A stretch of 64,000 nt of DNA from an uncultured Verrucomicrobiota bacterium (GTDB taxonomy: Bacteria > Verrucomicrobiota > Verrucomicrobiia > Limisphaerales > CAZIFU01). A program made the translations under genes and the position numbers. Below, piece by piece: positions 36,997 to 48,541 of the stretch (position 1 is the stretch's first letter; each line of letters opens with the position of its first letter). Location: NCBI GenBank assembly GCA_964539075.1, contig CAZIFU010000057.1, forward strand, positions 22,153 through 86,152, read 5' to 3'. Under the pieces are notes generated by a model. That model was not told the origin of the DNA. It saw nothing but the letters and a program-made list of their open reading frames with translations, and did no database searches.

Positions 36997-38244
36997 ATGC
37001 ATATGCCCCGCCCGCTCATCCCCACCCTGCTCAGTCTGTTTACCCTGACCTCCCTCGCCGCTGCCTCTGAAGGCGACTGGCCGCAATGGCGCGGGCCGAA
37101 CCGGGACAACCTCTCCACCGAGACCGGCCTGCTCAGGCAATGGCCGGCGACCGGGCCCAAGCTCGTGTGGAAGGCCACCGGCATCGGCGGCGGCTTTTCC
37201 AGCGTGTCCCTGGTCGGCAACCGCATCTACACGATGGGCGATGGGCCGGACGATCTGTTTGTCCACGCGCTGGACCGCGACACCGGCAAAATCGCCTGGA
37301 GCACAAAGGTGGGTTTGCCAGGCGGCCACAAGAACTATCCCGGTCCGCGCGGCACGCCGACGGTGGACGGCGGCGCGCTCTACGTGCTCACGCAACACGG
37401 CGACCTGATCTGCCTGGATGCCGCCAAAGGCTCGGTGCGCTGGCGCAAGAACACGGAACGGGACTTCGGGGGCGCGATGATGTCCGGCTGGCGCTGGTCC
37501 GAATCCCCGCTCGTGGACGGCGACAAGGTCGTGTGCACGCCGGGTGGCCCGCAAGGAACGGTGGTGGCGCTCAACAAACAAACGGGCGCGCTGCTGTGGC
37601 GCTCGAAGGAATGGACCGACAAGGCGGCTTATTCCTCCCTCGTGCCCGTGGAAATCGGCGGCGTGCGGCAATACGTCCAACTCACGGGCGCCAGCGTGGG
37701 CAGCGTCGCAGCGGCCAGCGGCAAGCTGCTCTGGCGCGCGGATCGGCCCGGCAAAACGGCGGTCATCCCGACGCCGGTTTACAAGGACGGGCTGGTGTTC
37801 GTCACGTCGGGCTACAACATCGGGTGCAACCTGTTCAAGATTTCCGGCAGCGGGAACGTCTTCAAGGCCGAGCAAATTTACGCCAACACTGACATGGCCG
37901 TTCACCACGGCGGAATCGTTCTGGTCGGCGATCATGTTTACGGCCAGAGCGGCCGCGGCGACCTCACGTGCATGGAGTTGAAGTCGGGCAAGGTCGCGTG
38001 GACTGACCGCAGCGTCGGCAAAGGTTCGATTGCCTACGCCGACGGCCATCTCTATGTCCGCAGCGAAAGCAAGGGCGAGGTCGCACTCGTGGAAGCCACG
38101 CCCGGCGGCTACAAGGAAACGAGCCGCTTCACGCAGCCCGAACGGACGACGCGCATGGCCTGGCCGCACCCAGTCATCGCCGGCGGCAAACTCTACCTGC
38201 GCGATCAGGACAAGTTGTTTTGCTACGATGTGAAGGGCAAGTGA
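36997..38244 (+). CDS. PQQ-like beta-propeller repeat protein (secreted)
   Basis: ORF 36919..38244, start MHMPRPLIPTLLSL at 36997. DWPQWRGPNRDN and repeated propeller blades. Confidence 0.75.
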   Translation: MHMPRPLIPTLLSLFTLTSLAAASEGDWPQWRGPNRDNLSTETGLLRQWPATGPKLVWKATGIGGGFSSVSLVGNRIYTMGDGPDDLFVHALDRDTGKIAWSTKVGLPGGHKNYPGPRGTPTVDGGALYVLTQHGDLICLDAAKGSVRWRKNTERDFGGAMMSGWRWSESPLVDGDKVVCTPGGPQGTVVALNKQTGALLWRSKEWTDKAAYSSLVPVEIGGVRQYVQLTGASVGSVAAASGKLLWRADRPGKTAVIPTPVYKDGLVFVTSGYNIGCNLFKISGSGNVFKAEQIYANTDMAVHHGGIVLVGDHVYGQSGRGDLTCMELKSGKVAWTDRSVGKGSIAYADGHLYVRSESKGEVALVEATPGGYKETSRFTQPERTTRMAWPHPVIAGGKLYLRDQDKLFCYDVKGK

Positions 38245-38261
38245 AGGCCCGCAGATCGGCG

Positions 38262-38545
38262 AAGCACCAAGCTCCAACATCCAAGCACCAGGGAAGCTCC
38301 AAACCTCAATCACCAAAACACGTTTCGGTAGCCCTTTATAAGTATCGGTCCAAATCGCCGCGGGCCGCGACGATTATTGCGCAGCGCGGACAGCCTTGTC
38401 CGCACGTTGATTTGCCGGCACCTCAGACTCGCGGACAAAGCTGTCCGCGCTCCTTTGGTTGCGGTGCCAGCCGCGCTGTGAGAATTGGTGTTTGAGGTTT
38501 CTCTGGAGGTTGGAGCTTGGAATTTGGAGCTTTTCGAGGTTATGC
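38262..38545. repeat. Composite palindrome between convergent genes (inner arms 38383-38403 / 38431-38451; outer imperfect arms about 38262-38335 / 38483-38545)
   Basis: agcgcggacagccttgtccgc vs gcggacaaagctgtccgcgct (1 mismatch). Each arm is itself a mini-palindrome gcggaca..tgtccgc. The outer CCAAGCTCCAA / TTGGAGCTTGG-rich arms are partly complementary. Confidence 0.75.
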
Positions 38546-38564
38546 GGAAACTCCGTGTCTTGCT

Positions 38565-41500
38565 TTATTTCCGCGCCTCCGGCACCACTGTGAGTTTTAC
38601 TTTCTGGCCGTCACGTTGCACGACGATTTCCACCGGCTGGCCGATCTTCACCGCGTCCAACGCGTAGGTGTAATCGTAGATGTTCGTGATTTTCTGACCG
38701 CCGAACTCGATGATGACGTCGCCTCCTTTCAATCCCGCTTTCTCCGCCGGGCTGCCGCCGCGCACACCGCTCAATTTCACGCCCTGCACTTCCGTCGTGT
38801 AGTCCGGGATGGTGCCGAGATAGGCGCGCAACGTCTCGCGCCCGCCGCCTTCGCCGCCGCCGCTGCGCTGCACCTTCGCGTAGTCGGGCCGCGCGCCCGC
38901 CAACAGGTCGAGCACGAGGCCGCGCGCAAACTGCGCCACGCGTTCCATGCCTTCATAGTTCAACTTGTCGGGCTTATCGGTTGGCCGGTGATAATCCTCG
39001 TGGCTGCCGGTGAAGAAATGCAGCACTGGCAGTTGCTTCGGGTAGAACGCGGTCACGTCGGTCGGTAAATACGGGTCGTCCAGCAACGCGACGTTGAACC
39101 CGGCGGCGACGTTCCGCTTCTCGATCAATCGCCGCCACACCGATGACGACCCGACGCCCTGCAAATCGAGCTTGTTGTCCCGCAATCGGCCCACCATGTC
39201 GAAATTCACGTAGGCAACGATGTTGGAAAGCGGCACCGGTGGGTGCTCCGCGAAATGCGACGAGCCGATCAAGCCGATCTCCTCGCCCGACCACAGTGCG
39301 AAGATGACGCCGCGCGGGAACAACGCCGGTTTCTGCTTCTGTTCGGCGGCGAGCGCGGCGGCCAGTTCGAGCACGACGGCGTCGCCGGAGGCGTTGTCGT
39401 CGGCGCCGTTGTGGATCGCGCCCTCCTCGCCCGCGCGTTCGAGCGAACGTCCCTCGCCGTGGCCGAGGTGATCATAGTGCGCGCCGATCAGGACGTATTC
39501 CACCGCGTCATTGCTCCGGAGGGACGAGCTGCGCGAGCCCCCATCTTTCTGAGAAGTTTTCAAATCAGGGACTCGCGTAGCTCGTCCCTCCGGAATAATT
39601 GGCGGCAGCACGGCGACGACATTGCGGTCGGTCTTGCGGATTTGTTCGACGGCCGTCGCGAGCTTGACCCGCGCGTTGGTAATGGCGAAGCCGCCGTCGG
39701 CATGCGGGTCCTCATTGTCGAGCGCGGTCTGGAGCGTTTTCAACTCCTTGCCCGCAGCGCTGAGGATCGCGCCGGCGGCCTTGTCGTTGATACTTGCGGC
39801 GAGGATGCCGGAGCCGGACAGGCTGGTGTCGAAAGTGAGCGGCGTGAGCTGGCCGGCGTTGGGCGAGTTCGGCCCCGTGACGACGAGCAACGCCTTCGCC
39901 CCGCGCTCGCGGGCGATCATCGCCTTGTAGCGCAGGCCGGCGTAGAGGTTGAGTTCCTGGCGGCGTTTCGGCTCCACGTCTTCGGGCACATAACGGAGCA
40001 CGAGCGCGATCTTGTTGCTCACGTCGAGGCCCGCATAGGAATCGTAGCCGCGTCCGGAGGCGGCCGGGACTTTGAGGCCGTAGCCGGCGAAGACGACCTC
40101 GCCTTCGAACTGGCCGTTGGCCGTGAAGGAGAGCGGGCGAAAATCCTCTTCGGGCTTGAAGACGAGTTCGCCAACGTAGCCGCCGGGCACGGTGACGGAC
40201 AAATTATTTTTCCCCGGCACGGTCTTGATGCCGGAGGTGAACTCGAACTGCTGAAAGTAACGGCCGTCATCGCCAAGCGGTTTCAGGCCGGCCCGTTGCA
40301 ACTGTGCTGCGATATACTCCGCGGCCAGTTGCGCGCCGCGCGAGCCGGTCAGCCGGCCTTCGAGCGCGGCGGCGGCGAGATATTCCACGTCGGCGCGCAA
40401 GTCTTTCACGGTGATGTCCGGTGTGAAACCCACGGGCATCGGCGGGCCGGGCTTTTCGGCAGAGACGGAAGCAGGCTTGGGCGGGGGCGTCGCGGAGGTT
40501 TCTTTCCCCGGCGCCGGTTTCGCGCCGCGCGCCGGCGCCGACCTGAGCGCCGCGAGCGCGGCGGAGTGGTTCCAGCGTGCGAGGAAGAGTTGCGATTTGC
40601 CGTCGCTGGTGCGGTTGGCTGTCCAGCAAAGTTTCTGGCCATCGGGCGACAACACGGGCAGGCCATCGAAGCCTTCGGCGAACGTCACGCGTACCGGTTC
40701 GCGCGCGCCGACGGCGTCCACGAGGAACAGCTCGAAATTGGAAAAGCCCAGCTTGTTCGCGGTGAAGATGACGTATTGGCCGGCGGGATGATAGTAAGGA
40801 GCCCAAGCCATGCAGCCGAAGTCGGTGAGCCGGCGCTGGTCGGTGCCGTCCAGCTTCATGCTGTAAATATCGGCGAGGGTTCCCTGCTCGTTGAAGTGGC
40901 GCCAGATGATGCGCTGGCTGTCGGGCGAAAAGAACGGCCCGCCGTCGTAACCCGGCCAGAGCGTGAGCCGCTTCTGGCCGGAGCCATCGGCGTTCATAAT
41001 GTAGATTTCGCCAAAGTACGCAGGGTCGATGGCGAGACGTTTGAGGTCGGCGGCGGAAAGTTTGTTGGTCGGGTAAGCGTCGCGCAGCGAGCAGAAGACG
41101 ATGTTTTTGCCGTCCGGCGAATATGCGCCCTCGGCATCGTAGCCGGGCGCCGTGGTGAGGCGCTTGAGTTGCGAGCCTTCACGACGCGCGGAAAAAATGT
41201 CCATCTGCTCGTCGTAATCCCACGAATAACGGCGCTCCTGGCCGGCGGCGCGGAATTCCAACTCGGCCCTTTGCTTCGCGCGCGCCTGCGGATCGAGATG
41301 CGTGGAGGCGAAGAGCACTTCGTCGCTGCCGGGGCGGAAGAACGCGCAGGTGGTCTTGCCGAGGCCGGGGGAGACGCGGTGGTTGTCGCCGGTTTCCAGA
41401 TCGAGCAGGAAGATCTGGTAGAACGGATTGTCCGGATCCCGTTCGCTCTGGAAAATGAGCGCCTTGCCGTCGGGCGAGAAGTAGCCTTCGCCGCTGCGCC

Positions 41501-41651
41501 GGCCCTCGAAGGTGAGCTGGCGCGTCTCGCTGAGAAATTGGGCTTCGCCGGCGGGGGCCGTTGGCGCGGCGGGCGCCGTCTGAAACATCACGGCAGCGAC
41601 GCACGCGGCCGCGAGCCATGTCACGCAGAACCTCAACTTCATGGCTGTCAT
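38565..41651 (-). CDS. Secreted multidomain peptidase: TolB-like WD40/PD40 beta-propeller + M28 aminopeptidase + C-terminal PDZ
   Basis: ORF 38565..42071. The first 140 codons cross a repeat, so the start is taken at MTAMKLRFCV (41651). PD40-like repeats (YSPDGK, FSPDSQ), M28 motifs (IGAHYDHLGHG, NGADDNASG, FALWSGEEIGLIGS), PDZ (GSPAEKAGLKGGDVIIEFGG). Confidence 0.8.
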   Translation of the reverse strand: MTAMKLRFCVTWLAAACVAAVMFQTAPAAPTAPAGEAQFLSETRQLTFEGRRSGEGYFSPDGKALIFQSERDPDNPFYQIFLLDLETGDNHRVSPGLGKTTCAFFRPGSDEVLFASTHLDPQARAKQRAELEFRAAGQERRYSWDYDEQMDIFSARREGSQLKRLTTAPGYDAEGAYSPDGKNIVFCSLRDAYPTNKLSAADLKRLAIDPAYFGEIYIMNADGSGQKRLTLWPGYDGGPFFSPDSQRIIWRHFNEQGTLADIYSMKLDGTDQRRLTDFGCMAWAPYYHPAGQYVIFTANKLGFSNFELFLVDAVGAREPVRVTFAEGFDGLPVLSPDGQKLCWTANRTSDGKSQLFLARWNHSAALAALRSAPARGAKPAPGKETSATPPPKPASVSAEKPGPPMPVGFTPDITVKDLRADVEYLAAAALEGRLTGSRGAQLAAEYIAAQLQRAGLKPLGDDGRYFQQFEFTSGIKTVPGKNNLSVTVPGGYVGELVFKPEEDFRPLSFTANGQFEGEVVFAGYGLKVPAASGRGYDSYAGLDVSNKIALVLRYVPEDVEPKRRQELNLYAGLRYKAMIARERGAKALLVVTGPNSPNAGQLTPLTFDTSLSGSGILAASINDKAAGAILSAAGKELKTLQTALDNEDPHADGGFAITNARVKLATAVEQIRKTDRNVVAVLPPIIPEGRATRVPDLKTSQKDGGSRSSSLRSNDAVEYVLIGAHYDHLGHGEGRSLERAGEEGAIHNGADDNASGDAVVLELAAALAAEQKQKPALFPRGVIFALWSGEEIGLIGSSHFAEHPPVPLSNIVAYVNFDMVGRLRDNKLDLQGVGSSSVWRRLIEKRNVAAGFNVALLDDPYLPTDVTAFYPKQLPVLHFFTGSHEDYHRPTDKPDKLNYEGMERVAQFARGLVLDLLAGARPDYAKVQRSGGGEGGGRETLRAYLGTIPDYTTEVQGVKLSGVRGGSPAEKAGLKGGDVIIEFGGQKITNIYDYTYALDAVKIGQPVEIVVQRDGQKVKLTVVPEARK
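39516..39593. repeat. 78-nt hairpin element in frame inside the peptidase gene
   Basis: ccggagggacgagctgcgcgagccc (39516-39540) vs gggactcgcgtagctcgtccctccg (39568-39592). Same family as 41707-41801. Confidence 0.85.
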
Positions 41652-41706
41652 GCTATGCCGTGCGCGCGCGGCGCAAAAGCGCGAAATCACGGGCGGAGGT
41701 CTTTTT

Positions 41707-41801
41707 CGGAGGGACGAGCTACGCGAGTCCCCGTTTGATTCGGAGACGTGAAGGAAGCTTGGGACTCGCGGAAGCTTGGGACTCGCGTCGCTCGTCCCTC
41801 C
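41707..41801. repeat. Intergenic copy of the same hairpin family, with an internal 17-nt tandem duplication
   Basis: Arms 41707-41731 / 41778-41801. gaagcttgggactcgcg occurs twice in tandem (41754-41770, 41771-41787). Confidence 0.85.
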
Positions 41802-41969
41802 AAAGGTGGGCCACCGCCAAGAGCACCCGCCAAGAGCACCCTTGCCAACGTTTCGGCCGCGTGAGAGGCTTGACCAGTTGGAATTGATGCACGATCTGCG
41901 CCGTGAACAATGCCCGGTCTCCCAACGCCGCCAGCGGGGGCTGATTGACCGCCCACCGGCCTGCCCGCC

Positions 41970-44900
41970 ATGTCTGTGAACGCTACCCCGCCCTCCGGCC
42001 CGGAAGCCGAACGCCGGCGGATCCAGCATCAGCATGAAATCCTCAATGCGCTGCCCGACACGGCGTTCCACGATCTTGCCCGGCTGGCGACGCAGCTTTG
42101 CCAGGCCCCCATCGCAGCGATCGCGCTCAGCACCGAGCGTGGCCCGCAGTTCAAGGCGCTGCTGGGTTTGAATTTATCGGACGAACTGCGGAAGGTTTCG
42201 TTTTTCGAGCAGACCGTCGCCCAGGCGGATATCTTCATCGTGGAGGACGCGGCGGCGGACGGACGGTTTGCCGGCGAACCGCTGGTTTGCGGCGAATCGG
42301 GCGTCCGTTTTTACTCCGGCCTGGCGCTGCGCAATGCCGACGGCGCGGCACTGGGTTGGTTTTGCGTGATGGACCGTGTGCCGCGCAAGCTCACCGGTGA
42401 ACAGGCCGAAGCCTTGCGCATCCTGGCCCGCCAGATCATGACCCAGGTGGAGATGCGCCAGGTTTATTCCGAGGCGATCCAATATCAGCAGGCCGAGGAG
42501 GAGTTGCGCGAGAGCGAACTGCGCTTCCGCCAGTTGGCCGAAAACATCCACGAAGTCTTCTGGCTCACGGACTGGGTCACTCATCGCGTCATTTACGTCA
42601 GCCCGGCCTACGAACAAATCTGGGGCCGCACCGCCCGGAACCTGTATGACCATCCGCGCGAATGGCTGGACTCGATCCACCCGGAGGACCGGACGCGCGT
42701 GCGGGACTCTTTCCTCAAGACGGCGGCCAGCGGCAGCTTCGATGAAGAGTTCCGCATCGTGCGGCCCGATCAATCGGTCCGCTGGGTCCATGACCGCGGC
42801 TTCCCGATCCGCAACGACCAGGGCGAGGTGTTCCGCATCGCGGGGATCGCGGAGGACATCACCAAAAACAAGGCGGCAGAAGAGGCGTTGCGTCAGGCCG
42901 AGCAGAAGTACCACAGTATTTTTGAAAACGTCACCGAAGGCATTTTCCAGACGACGCCCGACGGGCATTATCTGGCGGCCAACCCGATGCTGGCGCGCAT
43001 CTATGGATACGCCTCGCCGGAGGAGTTGATGGCGGCCGTCCAGGACATCACTCACCAGCTTTACGTGACGGAGGGCCGGCGGGTGGAATTTGCCCGGCTG
43101 ATGCAGGAAAACGAGGCCATTGCGGATTTTGAATCGCAGATCCATCGCAAGGATGACAGCGTGATCTGGATTTCGGAGAACGCCCGCGCGGTGCGGGACG
43201 CCGGCGGCCACCTGCTCTACTACGAAGGAACGGTGCGGGACATCACGGCCCGCAAACGGGCGGAGGACGCGCTGCTTGACTCGGAAATCCTTTATCACTC
43301 GCTGGTGGAAAGCCTGCCGCAAAACATTTTCCGCAAAGACGCCCAGGAACGGTTCACCTTCGCGAACAAGCGTTTTTGCGACACGCTCGGCAAGCCGCTG
43401 GCGGAAATCCTGGGCCGGACCGACTTCGATTTTTTCCCGGAAGAACTGGCCCGCAAATACCAACAGGACGACCGCCGGGTGATGGAACAGCGGGAAACCT
43501 TCGAGACGGTCGAGGAGCATCAGAAGCCCGACGGCAGCAAGCTCCACGTTCAGCTGATCAAGACCCCGTTGTACGATTTCAGCGGCAACGTCATCGGCGT
43601 GCAGGGCATGTTCTGGGACGTCACCGAGCGCAAAAAAATCGAGCAGACCCTCGCCCACGAACGCGATCTGTTGCGCGCCCTGCTGGACCACGTGCCCGAC
43701 CGGATTTACTTCAAGGACGCGCAATCGCGCTTCCTCAAATGCAGCAAGGCGCTGGCGGAGCGCCTGGGGCTATCCGACCCGGAACTGGCGGTGGGCAAGA
43801 CGGATTTCGACTTTCACCCGCTGGATAAGGCGCGCGAGTTCCACACCGATGAACAACGCATCATCGAGAGCGGCCGGCCGCTGATCAATAAAATCGAAAA
43901 ACAGGTGGACCCCCAGCGCGCCGAAATCTGGGCATCGGTCACCAAGGTGCCGGTCTACAACCAGGCCGGCGTCGTCACCGGCATCATCGGCATCTCGCGC
44001 GACATCACCGCGCTCAAAAAGATTGAGGAGGAACTGGAGATCAATCGCGACGCGGCGCTGGAGCTGGTGCGGCAGAAGTCGCAATTCCTCGCCACCATGA
44101 GCCACGAAATCCGCACGCCGATGAACGGCATCCTGGGGATGATCGGCCTGCTGCTCGACACCCGCCTGACGGTCAAACAGCGCGACTTCGCCGAAACCAT
44201 CCGCGGCAGCGCGGAGGCCTTGCTGACGATCATCAATGACATCCTGGACTTCTCGAAGATCGAGGCCGGCAAGCTGACGTTTGAGACCCTTGACTTCGAT
44301 TTGCGCGAGGCGATGGAAAGCACGGTCGAGCTGCTGGCCGAGCGCGCCCAGGCCAAGCAACTCGAATTGATTTCCTTCGTCCCGCCCGATGCGCCCACCG
44401 CCTTGCGCGGCGATCCGGGCCGCTTCCGGCAGATCCTCACCAACCTCGTCGGCAACGCGGTCAAATTCACCGAACATGGCGAAGTCATCGTGCGCGCCGT
44501 CAAGGAAAGCGAAACCGACCAGCAGGTGTGGTGGAAGTTCCTGGTGTCGGACACGGGCATCGGCGTGCCGGAAGAGGCGAAGGAGAAAATCTTCCAGGCC
44601 TTCACGCAGGCCGACGGCTCGACGACGCGCAAATACGGCGGCACCGGACTGGGTCTGGCCATTTCCAAGCAGCTCGTCGAAATGTTGGGAGGCAGGATCG
44701 GCCTGGAGGACACGCCCGGCCGTGGCTCGGCATTCTGGTTCACGCTGCCGTTTGAAAAGCAGCCGCCCAAAACCGGCGCCGAAAACGCCCGGCTCCAATT
44801 CCCCGGCACGCGAATTCTGGTGGTGGATGACAACACGCTGCACCGCGAATTCCTGGCCGAACATCTGCGGTCTTTGCAGATTGAGACCGAACTGGCCGCC

Positions 44901-46028
44901 ACCGCCGCGGAAACGCTCGAAGCCTTGCGGCGCCGCGGGCAGGCCGGCCACCCTTTCAACCTCGTCGTGATGGACATGAATCTGCCGGAAATGGAAGGAT
45001 TGGCCCTGGCGCGGCAAATCCACGCCGACGCTGTGCTGGGCAACCCGCGGCTGATGCTGTTGACGGGGCTGCGCGCAAAACTGAACGCCGCCGATCTGCG
45101 GGAGACCGGCGTGGCGGCCGTTTTGTTGAAACCTGTCCGTCTCTCCCGCCTGATGGAATGCCTCCGCGCGGTCCTCTCCGGCGAAACGGTCCTGGCGCTG
45201 GAACCCGCCGGCAGCACGGAAACGACTCCCGCCTCGCCGCCCCCCCCGGCCAAACCGATGCGGATTCTTTTGGCCGAGGACAACGTGGTCAATCAAAAGG
45301 TCGCCCTGCACCAGTTGCGCAAGCTCGGCCACTCCGCCGACGCGCTGGCCAACGGCCGCGACGTCCTCGCCGCGCTGCACCGCACGCGTTACGACATCAT
45401 CCTGATGGATTGCGAGATGCCGGAGCTGGACGGCTATGAAGCCACGCGGCAGATCCGGGCACAGGAAAAAGAGTCCGGCACCCATGCCTACATCATCGCC
45501 ATGACCGCCAACGCCCTGCTGGGCGACCGGGAACTATGCGTCGCCGCCGGCATGGATGATTACCTCATGAAGCCGGTGCAACTGGCCAAGCTGAAGGCGG
45601 CGATGGGCCGGGGAATCGAGCACCTTCAGATGCAAGCGGCGCCAGAGCGGGCCAGCGCGCCGCCCGGCGCGATTGATCCCGCGGTGCTGGCGGGGCTGCG
45701 GGAATTGCAGGAGCCGGGCAAGCCCGACCCGCTGGCGGAACTGATTGATCTGTTTCTGCGCGACACCCCGGCCCAGGTCCACAAGATGAACGCGGCCCAC
45801 GCGCAGGGCGATGCGGCCCAGCTCAAGTCGGCCGCGCACAGCCTCAAGGGCAGCGCCAACAACATGGGTGCGCGCACGCTGGCCAATCTCTGCGCCACCG
45901 TGGAAAAGCAGGCCAAGGCCGGCGGCCTGGGCGAGACCGGCCGGTGGCTCGAAGAGGTCGGCGCCGAATTCGCCCGCGTCCAGGCCGAGCTGGAATCGGT
46001 AAAAGCGAAATTAGTTGCAAAAAACTGA
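41970..46028 (+). CDS. Hybrid sensor histidine kinase: GAF - 4x PAS - HisKA - HATPase - REC - REC - Hpt
   Basis: ORF 1352 aa: H-box [14 protein letters not shown]-box GGTGLGLAIS, receivers VVMDMNLPEMEG and ILMDCEMPELDG, Hpt HSLKGSANNMG. Confidence 0.9.
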   Translation: MSVNATPPSGPEAERRRIQHQHEILNALPDTAFHDLARLATQLCQAPIAAIALSTERGPQFKALLGLNLSDELRKVSFFEQTVAQADIFIVEDAAADGRFAGEPLVCGESGVRFYSGLALRNADGAALGWFCVMDRVPRKLTGEQAEALRILARQIMTQVEMRQVYSEAIQYQQAEEELRESELRFRQLAENIHEVFWLTDWVTHRVIYVSPAYEQIWGRTARNLYDHPREWLDSIHPEDRTRVRDSFLKTAASGSFDEEFRIVRPDQSVRWVHDRGFPIRNDQGEVFRIAGIAEDITKNKAAEEALRQAEQKYHSIFENVTEGIFQTTPDGHYLAANPMLARIYGYASPEELMAAVQDITHQLYVTEGRRVEFARLMQENEAIADFESQIHRKDDSVIWISENARAVRDAGGHLLYYEGTVRDITARKRAEDALLDSEILYHSLVESLPQNIFRKDAQERFTFANKRFCDTLGKPLAEILGRTDFDFFPEELARKYQQDDRRVMEQRETFETVEEHQKPDGSKLHVQLIKTPLYDFSGNVIGVQGMFWDVTERKKIEQTLAHERDLLRALLDHVPDRIYFKDAQSRFLKCSKALAERLGLSDPELAVGKTDFDFHPLDKAREFHTDEQRIIESGRPLINKIEKQVDPQRAEIWASVTKVPVYNQAGVVTGIIGISRDITALKKIEEELEINRDAALELVRQKSQFLATMSHEIRTPMNGILGMIGLLLDTRLTVKQRDFAETIRGSAEALLTIINDILDFSKIEAGKLTFETLDFDLREAMESTVELLAERAQAKQLELISFVPPDAPTALRGDPGRFRQILTNLVGNAVKFTEHGEVIVRAVKESETDQQVWWKFLVSDTGIGVPEEAKEKIFQAFTQADGSTTRKYGGTGLGLAISKQLVEMLGGRIGLEDTPGRGSAFWFTLPFEKQPPKTGAENARLQFPGTRILVVDDNTLHREFLAEHLRSLQIETELAATAAETLEALRRRGQAGHPFNLVVMDMNLPEMEGLALARQIHADAVLGNPRLMLLTGLRAKLNAADLRETGVAAVLLKPVRLSRLMECLRAVLSGETVLALEPAGSTETTPASPPPPAKPMRILLAEDNVVNQKVALHQLRKLGHSADALANGRDVLAALHRTRYDIILMDCEMPELDGYEATRQIRAQEKESGTHAYIIAMTANALLGDRELCVAAGMDDYLMKPVQLAKLKAAMGRGIEHLQMQAAPERASAPPGAIDPAVLAGLRELQEPGKPDPLAELIDLFLRDTPAQVHKMNAAHAQGDAAQLKSAAHSLKGSANNMGARTLANLCATVEKQAKAGGLGETGRWLEEVGAEFARVQAELESVKAKLVAKN

Positions 46029-46066
46029 TTTGATTCTATAGCGGAAGGTGGTTTTAATCCCCACCG

Positions 46067-48526
<2,460 letters not shown>

Positions 48527-48541
48527 ACCCGAACCAACGCC

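Noticed and set aside
35257-38316. Long - strand ORFs 35257..36771 and 36931..38316
   Set aside because: Antisense to the sulfatase and PQQ-propeller genes.
39243-41738. 831-aa + strand ORF
   Set aside because: Antisense shadow of the beta-propeller/M28/PDZ peptidase gene. No recognisable domains.
41652-42071. N-terminal 140 codons of ORF 38565..42071 (likewise the first 100 codons of 31450..32181, the first 82 of 27775..28353, and the first 27 of 9669..11099)
   Set aside because: These extensions run through repeats or intergenic DNA, and each is followed by an internal Met that gives a proper signal peptide or a family-typical N-terminus. The shorter starts were used.
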